Source: Octopus vulgaris (taxonomy: Eukaryota). From it: a DNA stretch of 64,000 bases. Under the pieces are notes generated by a model. That model did no database searches, was not told the origin of the DNA, and saw only the letters and a program-made list of their open reading frames with translations. Location: assembly GCA_951406725.2 (NCBI GenBank), contig OX597837.1:48112001-48176000 (forward strand), written 5' to 3'. Made by a program: the position numbers and the translations under genes. Below, in pieces: positions 53,369 to 64,000 of the stretch. Position 1 is the stretch's first letter; each line of letters starts with the position of its first letter.

Positions 53369-54059
53369 CCCTTCCTAATACTAAGCACTTTACCAAATGT
53401 TCTGAGTGCATTTTATTGTGGCATTAGCATGAGAGGTTGTCATGTCTTTCTTGACCTTACATCACCTTCACTTATGCGCCAACTTTGGTGAAGTAAAATA
53501 TTTCTGAGAAATTGGCTGCATGCTGAGGGGGGAAACTCCAAAGTAACAAGCCAGAGGATCAGCTTAAAAATTGTATCTGCACTTTGACAACTCCACCTGT
53601 CATTCACTTAATATCAACGACTTTCGGTTACTCTGGCTTGATGTCTCCTTCCTTTGCTTTCCCAAATACATCTGCTCCCTCTTCCGCTTTCCCAATTCCT
53701 TGAACCACTAACATCTCTTCAACTGTATTATCTCCTTCTGCATGAAGTTATGTAACTCATTTCACCTTCTTTTGAAATTATCATTCCCTTTCATTTCAAC
53801 ATTCACAACTCCTTGTGGCTCTATCACTTATCTCACACTGATTTTACTGGTACAGAAATCAAATGTTTTGCAATCCTCATTTCTCTTCCTCAGCTGATCT
53901 TGTCCCCTATCTACATCTCGTAGTGACACACAGGTTCCCCAAACACCATCTTTTTCTCGCCTCCAAAACTAATCTATGTCAAACCGTCTTTGCATCTATT
54001 GCATCATCTAACCACTGCCTCATTGCATCTATCCAATGCACATTAACATATTACATGGA

Positions 54060-54655
54060 AATCGAAATTGGATTCGAAATTGGACCACATCCGATGACTG
54101 ATACCCGTGCCAACCTCCCTTCATTGGACACTAAACTCTGCTTGCGAAGACCTGTTGGGGCAAGTGAAATCGAAATTGAACCAAATCCTATGACTGGCAC
54201 CCGGGCAATGCCAGTGCTGCTGGACTAACTCTTGTGCAGGTGGCAAGTAAAGAAACACCGTTTCGACCTTGTGCTTGAGGAGACCTATTGAGTCAAGTAC
54301 ATCAACATCAAAAATCAATGGAGATTGTAGTTGTGATCCCTGTGCCGGTGGCACATAAAAAGCACCATCCAAACGTGGCCAATGCCAGTGCTGCCTTGAC
54401 TAGCTTCCGTGCCGGTGGCACGTAAAAATCATCAACCGATCGCGGTCGTTGCCAGCCTTGCCTGGCATGTAAAAAGCACCCACTACACTCATGGAGTGGT
54501 TGGCGTTAGGAAGGGCATCCAGCTATAGAAACACTGCCAGATCAGACTGGAGCCTGGTGCAGCCTACTGGCTTCCCAGACCCCAGTCAAACCATCCAACC
54601 CATGCTAGCATGGAAAACGGACGTTAAACGATGATGATGATGATGATGATGATGA
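54060..54655 (+). mobile_element. RTE-LINE 3' UTR/tail fragment
   Basis: Same subfamily as 23740-24287; (GAT)n tail. Confidence 0.85.
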
Positions 54656-56083
54656 CGGAGTTCCCTAAGTCCTCCACATCCTTTGGCACTTCTTCATGTC
54701 ACCTGACTTATCAGCAGTGTTATTGTTAACTACATCTTGCAGCATAGAGACTTGTTGCCAGAAAAATTTGGTGAAAGCAATACCATTCTTGTCATCAGCA
54801 AAACTTTCACTCTGTAGAGAAGGGGTGATGAAATAAAGTAGCACACAACATGAACATGGAGGACTTGATTACATAGTCATGTGATTTCTATGTGACAGAA
54901 GTGGTCCTGATTTGACAAAGTTTAATGCTGGGTGTATTAAAGTACAGACAGCTGCCATAACTTCAATTATTGGTTCTTGTGACTGATGAAGTTTGAGTTC
55001 CAGCTTACCAGTTTCAATGAAGCCATCTAACCCATGCCGGCATGGAAAGCAGATGCTAAGTGATGATGACGATGACTTCAGCAAGTACAGTGACCATTTC
55101 AAGATGACCCTAGCAAGCACAGCAACAGCTTCATTGATGATGACCTATTTCTCACTCCATGTTTATTAAATATCATCTGCTCTTTTTGCCGATGCCGCTT
55201 TTTTGTATTCTTGCTTGAATGAGAATTCTTGTTTGTTTGGATTGGAATGGTTGCCTCTCTTCAACTTCAACTACAGTCACTGACTGGTTTGCATTGGGTG
55301 TTAATGGTTGATTATTTTCAACCTTGCAAAAACTCAACTTCTTTCAAGAATCTGGATGATAGTTCTTTGTCTAATATCATTCTTCTCGATTCCTCTAATC
55401 TTTATTCAATGCTTTATCAGATTCTATGAAAGCTGGTCTTCTGTAACAAGCTCTTTATTACCTTTTTCTTCAAAGGTATTCTTCATCTTTAATAGTTTCT
55501 TATATAGAATATTGTATCTGGTCTACTACTTCTGCTAGTGTTTCTTCTTTACTCAATCAAGTTTAAAAAGGAGTTCCCAGCATAACTGGTCCTATTTTAC
55601 CAGCTAAACTTTAACCCCTCCTCACTGCTTCATCTCTCTCTCTCTTTCTCACTACTTTGAAGGGTTGTTGTTCTGCCAAACTTCTTGTTCTGTCTTTTAA
55701 GATTACTAATCAAGTGACTTGTTTTACTACCAATACTCATCCGTTCACTGTTGTTTCCACCCAACTCCTATAAGAAATGTTTCTACTCCAATAGTCTCTT
55801 ATTTTGAATATTTAACAGAACTCTCTCCCTCCTCTTTTCATATAAACTTAATTCTTTTAAATCTTATTTTCTATGGTTTTTACTACAGCTTATTATGTTT
55901 CTTTTTTTCCTTAGCAAACTAAATGGTTGCTTGTCGGTACCAATGTGTTCATATGGACTTCCAAATAAAAACCAATTCATTAATGTATACGTATCTCAAA
56001 TTATTATGGAAGGACTTCTCCATCATAATGTTGAAATTCTCACTTTCTTGCTCCAACAATTTAATTAGCTTAAGAATTTTTAA

Positions 56084-56344
<261 letters not shown>

Positions 56345-56919
56345 TGAGTGTACATTTTCAATACTAATGGTAAAATAAGCAATAATTTTTTTCCTATTTG
56401 CAGATTGATTTTTGCTATAGTGGTTTTATTTGTATTTTACCCCTTTTATGAGTTTAGATCAGACAATATATCAGACACTGCTTGATGTATGAATTCAAAA
56501 GGGAACTTTCAGTCAATGGAAATGTAGCTTTAAGTTTCCAAACATGCCAACAATGGTTTGACTTTCAGGAAATTTTCCTCTAACAGACACAGATTTCCCT
56601 CAGTCCAAACAACCACATGTTTTGATGAAATTGAGTTTTTGTAAACTGTAGCAAATTGCATGTGAATCAGCAAAACAGTTCAAGCCAAAATTTGATCATA
56701 AAACACTTTCATAAACTAAGAAGTGTCTAAACTTGGTCAGTGAAGCCCTCGCCATCTGACTGCTTCTCATCTTAATCAAAGAGCTGCCTACTGCTCACCA
56801 TTGAAGAGTTGACTTGCAACCAGATCTTTCCAACAGGATTTGAACCCCAAACTGAATCACCCTAATGACATTTTGTTCAGCATTCTACCAATAATTTATC
56901 AGTAATGATAATAATAATA

Positions 56920-58920
56920 ATGGTTTCAAATTTTGACACAGGCCAGCTATTTTAGGTAAAGGGTCAAGTTGATTGCATTTGACCCCAATGCTTAACTGGC
57001 ACTTATTTCCTCTGCCCCAAAAGGCAAAGTTGACATTGGTAGAATTTTTGCTCAGAACATAAAGATGGATGAAATTCCATTAAGCATTTTGCCTGGTAGG
57101 CTAACAATTCTGCCAGCTAATAATAATAATAATACTAATAACAATAATAATAATAAATGCCCTGATGCAGTACCAGGTGGTGGCTCTCATGGCTTCTGAT
57201 AAGATGGGCTACAGCAAATGTTCTGTTCAAGATCACAGATTTGCTTGTCATTTGTTTGACCTTAACCGGTTGAGCATGTCCCTTAGTGGCTGGCGATATG
57301 TGCATCTCTGATCACAAGCAGAAGTAGTGGAGGAGCATCATAGCCATGTGTTGAGAGGGATTCTTTGGGGTTTGAATAATTCACCTCTGGAAATATGGGT
57401 GTTTCGTTCAACATCCTTAAACAACCCTTATTCAGGGACCTTTTGAGCGAGATGGGTTACTCAACCAGAAGAAAATTCTAACTGGGCCCCACCTGCAAGG
57501 TCATGCATTGTTTATCTTGATATGAGATCACCATGTCGCGCACACATGGTTGTGATGCATATGCCTAGTGTACCCTTATCAGAAGGGTAGTCATGATGGG
57601 TATACTGGGCTTCGTATATTTTACCCAAGTGTCATTTTGATGGCATGCACTGCTCTCTCACTCAATAATAATAATAATAATAATAATATTAATAATAACC
57701 CTTTCTTCTATAAGCACAAGGCCTGAAATTTGGGGGAGAGGGATCATTGATTACATCAACCCCAGTATTATTTGGTACTTATTTAATTGACCCCGAAAGG
57801 ATGAAAAGCAAAGTCCACCCTGGTGGAATTTGAACTAAGAATGTAAAAATCTGAAACAAAGCGTACATGGTGGGCTTTCTTTCTTTGTTTGGGGTTTTTT
57901 TTATTGTTAATTAATTCTTTTTTTTATACTCTAACGATTTTCCCATCCCACATCCCTAAAGTAATAATAATTAAAACTCAGAATTTCTGAGCTTGAGTGT
58001 TCAGTTGTTTAACTGAATCATCAGGTTCATTGAATCAGCATGTATATGACTGAGTACTCCACAGACACCCTTAAAGTATTTCTAAGATGGAATCACTGTG
58101 ACATGGTTGGACATTTGAATTCCCAGAACAATCCACTCAGCAGACTTCCAGACACTCTCTGTCAACTCCTCTTCACAGATAAGGTTTGCTTCAACTTAAA
58201 GTCAGAGAAAATAACATTTGTCCAATATGTCGCTCAGTGAAATTGAAACTGTGAAACAAAATTCTTCAGCTCAGCTGCACCAACCTCAACGACAATAATT
58301 AATCCTTTCTACTAAAGGCACAAGGCCTGAAATTTTGAGGGAGAGGAAAGTCTATCACATCAGCCCCAGTATGCAACTGGTACTTAATTTATCAACCCAA
58401 TAAGCATGGAAGGCACTTAACCTTGGTAGAGTTTGAACTCAGAACATAAAGACAGACAAAATACTGCTTGGCACTTTACCCAGTGTGCTAATAATTCTGC
58501 CAGCTCACCACCTTAATAATAATAATTGCAATAATAATCCTTTCTATTATAGGCACAAGTCTTGAAATATTGCTAGTCAATTACATTGACCCCCAGTATA
58601 TGACTGATACTTAATTTACTGACCCCAAAAGGATGAATGGCAAAGTCTTCAGTGGAATTTGAACTTGAAATGTAAAACCAGAAGAAATGCTGTGAAGCAT
58701 TTTGTCCAATGTGCTAATGATTCTGCCAGTTTGCCACCTTATATAATAATAATGATGATAATGTTAATCCTTTCTACTATAGGCACAAGGCCTGAAATTT
58801 TGGGGGAGGGGGCAGTCGATTAGATCAACCCCAGTACGCAACTGGTACTTAATTTATCGACCCCGAAAGTCAACCATGACAGGATTTGAACACAACGTAA
58901 AGACAGATGAATGATATAAT
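56920..58920 (-). mobile_element. Cluster of about five same-orientation family-A-related SINE copies separated by (AAT)n
   Basis: Recurrent CCTTTCTACTA..GGCACAAGGCCTGAAATT...GGAATTTGAAC...ATTCTGCCAG units near 56940, 57700, 58300, 58537 and 58767. Confidence 0.8.
57157..57663 (+). repeat. Unclassified element inserted in an (AAT)n tract, probably a retroelement 3' end
   Basis: GC-richer block bounded by (AAT)n on both sides; no ORF recognised. Confidence 0.35.
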
Positions 58921-59536
58921 ATTAATGATAATAATCTTTGACATAGGCAGAAAACCAGAAATTTATGAAGCGAGATTAGTTGATATAATGATCAATCAAC
59001 TTGCTAGAAATAGCTGCCAAATCCTCAAATCACCCCATACTTTGTCAGGTTAACCAAGGTACAGCTTAAATCCATACAATCCGCAGATGCATCAAAATAA
59101 TTAAAAGGACTTTTTATAAATTTTTAGAGACCTTCTGGCATAATTTTGTTACAAGGGACTGCCTGGTTTTATCCAGCATGGGGCTGCTACTTTGGCACAG
59201 CTGGTGACTTAGATACATTGGATTATGTGGTCCTGCATTCCCTGCTCATTGAAGAAAAGACAGGAAGAAAATGGTTGGAATATCTTTAATCATAAATCTA
59301 CTTGATCCAAGCAGTAAACAACAAAAGCAACAATCTTTTAACACAGGTTAATTCATCCACTACAGACATGTCTCTCACACATGCCTTATCTGATGTCTTT
59401 AATACACCCAACCACTCCCATTTAGTTCCCTTGTTCACCCAACATTAACATTGTGCAATCAAGTGATTTTCATCATCTAAATTCTCTCCAACCACTACAT
59501 TCAATGCCCTGCCTAATATAAATATATGAGAGTTGA

Positions 59537-59824
<288 letters not shown>

Positions 59825-61787
59825 TAGAAACTCTGCCAGATCAGACTGGAGCCTGGTGCAGCCTCCTGGCTTCCCAGACTGATATAGGCAGTCATATATT
59901 CATTTACACATGTACACCTGTACAGTATATTGTAGGACTCCATTTCTGTAACTGTAAAATAGCCCAAACCACGAGTCCCCTGCTGTTTGTGGCTTTTTAC
60001 ACAAAGAATATCCAAAATCATGTAAACAAGTGGAAAGATTTGATACAAACAGGGAGAAAAATGATTTCATGTTTCTCGTGTTATTAATGAAAGCAGAACC
60101 TTTTACTATATTCGTCATCACCTTTTCAGTCCTTCCTGATATCACTTCTTTTCCTTTGCACCACTTGATATTAACATCTTCTCCCTTTTTACCATCAAAA
60201 GCTGTCACCCTTATTTATCAAGAGTAACCTCCATTCCTATCACTATTCATCATTCTCCCTGTATTTACTCTCCCTTCTTGGTTCTTCTCTCACCATTCTC
60301 TTATCTATTCTCCATCTTGTACAAATCATCTTCAGGGTCTAGGCAGCATCAAAGGATAGTGAAAACTCCAACCTTGAATGGTACAGAATTACCTCAATAG
60401 TGTCACGGTAAACTACACCCAGGATGCTCTGTTAAGTAAGTGGTGAACATGAAGCTACTTTAATCCTGTCAAGGATATAGCACTCTCTGGTAATGGTACC
60501 ATGATAAAATGTCCCCTATACACTCAGTGAAGTAACTAGTGTTAGGAAACAGATCCAGCCATAGAAACCAAACCAAATCTGACATGCTATTCATTTGGTA
60601 TGACTTCCACACAGCTGGATGCTTTTATTTATTTCCAACTCCTACAGTGCACTGGGTGTACTTAATGCCCCACCAGTTCTATAGACATTATCCTCAAGGA
60701 AACTAAAATGTCTTATGTCCTCTCTCTTCAATCCTTTTCGTTTAGTGTGTGAATGTATGTATACACAGACAAATATACATCCCTCTAATTACACATCAAA
60801 ATATACATTGTATAGTGCGTGTGTGTGTGTAGGCACAGGATGGCTATATAGACTTTGTCATCATATGATCTTAAGTTCCATCTCTGTGTGAGACCTTGGG
60901 CTATACAGGGAGATAAAACTCCTGTAGCATCAGGTTGATCAATGCCTTGTGAGTAAATTTGAGAGCTGGAAACTGTATGGAAACCCATTGTATGTATTTG
61001 TATCTGGTGGCAACAAGAAGAAAGTTCATTCTTCCTGTCAATGAATACTGCAGGATGGTGCAGAATGTGTAATCTCGCACTGAGCCAGAGTTGACAGTTG
61101 TGAATTCCAGGCGAGTATGGAGTGGTTCTGACAATGATACTCCATTCAATGTTGGGGAAGACATCCTGATGGTCACAGAATGAACTTATTGTTACCACCA
61201 GAGGTACATCGTGTTAATGGACTTCAAACCACTGGCAGATGACAACTCAGATGTACCACCTTAAGCCTTGTTTTCCTATACTCAAGGGCATCGTATTTAA
61301 TTCCTGTTACCTATATAAACTACAGCCCCATTCATGCTGAATATCCAATGTTGTATCACCAACTTTTAATCAAGCACCACCAAATCTGGTTACTCTCATA
61401 GAAAGACTGTTGCCAATATAATGTCAATTCCCTACTAACCCGCAACAACACTCCACTCAGCAATGAATTGATGTTGTTAAATATACCATACCACAGCTTT
61501 CAGGTATAGTGGTGACAACTACCTACCTACATTTTGTCCATTCACATGGACCTAAAAACAAAGAAAATGACTGAGGTTGCTTCCAGACCAATAACCTCAT
61601 ATGACACTGAGCTGACCGACAGGCCTAACATCCAGTAGCCAGCTTGAATTTGTCTCGTATCCTGTTACTTTGTCTCCAGACGCTTGATGAGTTAGTTTTG
61701 TTTTTTGAGCCTACAAAACTTTAAATTGCTTGGAGCTGAGCCAAACTGTTATTAGTTAATATATGTAACTCCTTCCAGATGTCTTAA

Positions 61788-62488
<701 letters not shown>

Positions 62489-63009
62489 CATTTTGGATGA
62501 GTGTCTTCTATCAGAAATTGAAATTATTACAATCCTTCAATTGAAATTAAGAAAATTTCTGTAGAAGCCTGTAGAATGGGGCTTATACCTGTAATACAAA
62601 GGTTCTGCTTTGCCATACACTATCTTACATTTAATGTACAACTACTTGTGGGATACACAGATACTGATATAAATGTACAAACATGCATACAAATATGTGT
62701 GTGTGTGTCAGCATATGTGTATCTGTGCTCTTCCTACAGCATTAAGAGTATTTTAACTCTTATTTCTAGCAAAGTAGGTGCATTGCCACCCTTAGTCACA
62801 CTTAGTAACGATTGAACGTTTCCTTTATGGTATCACATTGTGCCTAGCTGCTTGTATTAATTTTTTGTATGTACATACATACATACACTCACACAAAAAA
62901 ACATATTTACATATTCATATTTATCCTTTGATCAGTCAGAACTTTAGAAGTGTTTATTAAAGCATTTGATGATGATGAGGAGGAGGAGAAGATTGACATA
63001 ACATAAGAC

Positions 63010-63950
63010 AACTGGAAGGATTTATGGAACAACCATCTGAGGGTTACAGACCAAATCTGGTGCAAAGTTCCAATCAAATTTAGGGTGACTTGATGGTGGA
63101 ACAGAGAAAGAGACTGAGCCATAAAAGTGAAGACAGGTTTGAAATTGACTGGAAGAATGAGGGTAGAAGACAACCATACCATACAACCAAAAGAGGAGAC
63201 AGTTCTATTTAGCAAGAGGAGGGAGCAGAAAGTCAAAGGTTTGTCAGTGTTCTGTGGTATGAGGACCAGAAGCACAATGGTTTTCTGCATTGCAGAACAG
63301 TATGTCAGGGAAAATTAAGATGGAAGGATAACAATACACTTGCATTTAGTGATTCTGAAAACAGAATGGCATGGAAGTAGTACAATGAAAGGCTATTAAA
63401 TGTGGAGAATGAAGGCAGGATTGCTTCTTTCTGTGAACCAGACAGAGGAATCAGATATTCTAGTTAACAGCTGTATGATACACAAAACAACTACGGATAT
63501 CAAGACAGGGTAAATCTCTGGTCAATTAAGAATTACTGCTGCGACACTTAATAACTGCTGAAGTGGCATACAGCCTAATTACACAGGTTGTACAGGAAGG
63601 AACCATACCCAATGACTGCTGTAGCACCATCATAATCAATTGTTACAAGGGTAAAGATGCTTTAGAGCGAAATAATTATAGAGGTATCAAATTGCTGGAT
63701 CAGGTTATGAAAGTTACTGAAGGTGTTATAGCCCAGTTAATTAGGAACAGAGTTTGTCTACATGAAATTCAGTTTGATTTTGTGCTGGGGAGAAGTATTA
63801 TTGATGCACTCTTTTATGGTAAAACAACTGCAGGAGAAGTATTTAGCCAAAAATAAACCACTGTACTTAGCATTTATTGACCTAGAGAAAGCCTTAATCA
63901 GGATCCCTTGCTACCTAAACTGGTGGTTGCTGTAAAAGTTAAGGGTAGAT
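63010..63950 (+). mobile_element. Decayed RTE LINE RT N-terminal fragment
   Basis: IPNDCCSTIIINCYKGKDALERNNYRGIKLLDQVMKVTE and FIDLEKA, matching the 15894-16300 region of the minus-strand copy. Confidence 0.85.
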
Positions 63951-64000
63951 GAATCCAATGTGCAAATAGTTCACCAGAATTTCATTATCAGTCCCACTCC

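Overview
AT-rich, microsatellite- and transposon-dense animal genomic DNA. The SINE and RTE-LINE families point to an octopod cephalopod (Octopus sp.); this is inferred, not searched. The only recognisable host gene is a + strand ZSWIM4/5/6-family gene (SWIM zinc-finger cullin-ligase adaptor). Four phase-compatible GT-AG exons lie at 52394-52484, 56131-56258, 59556-59699 and 61825-61973, and the gene continues past the window end. Its canonical N-terminal (BC-box) exon was not found, but a CpG-retaining promoter-like region at about 3.9-4.26 kb holds a short ATG-initiated exon candidate that would splice in frame to 52394. The rest is intronic/intergenic: decayed RTE LINEs whose RT region carries a PHD finger, mariner and maT transposon relics, piggyBac-, Tc1- and Merlin-like MITEs, a Helitron, many tRNA-derived SINEs, a near-perfect 790-bp foldback element, and an 8.6-kb, about 260-copy 33-bp minisatellite with combinatorial variant units. 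No prokaryotic system (CRISPR, operon) is present. Coordinates of decayed repeats are approximate.
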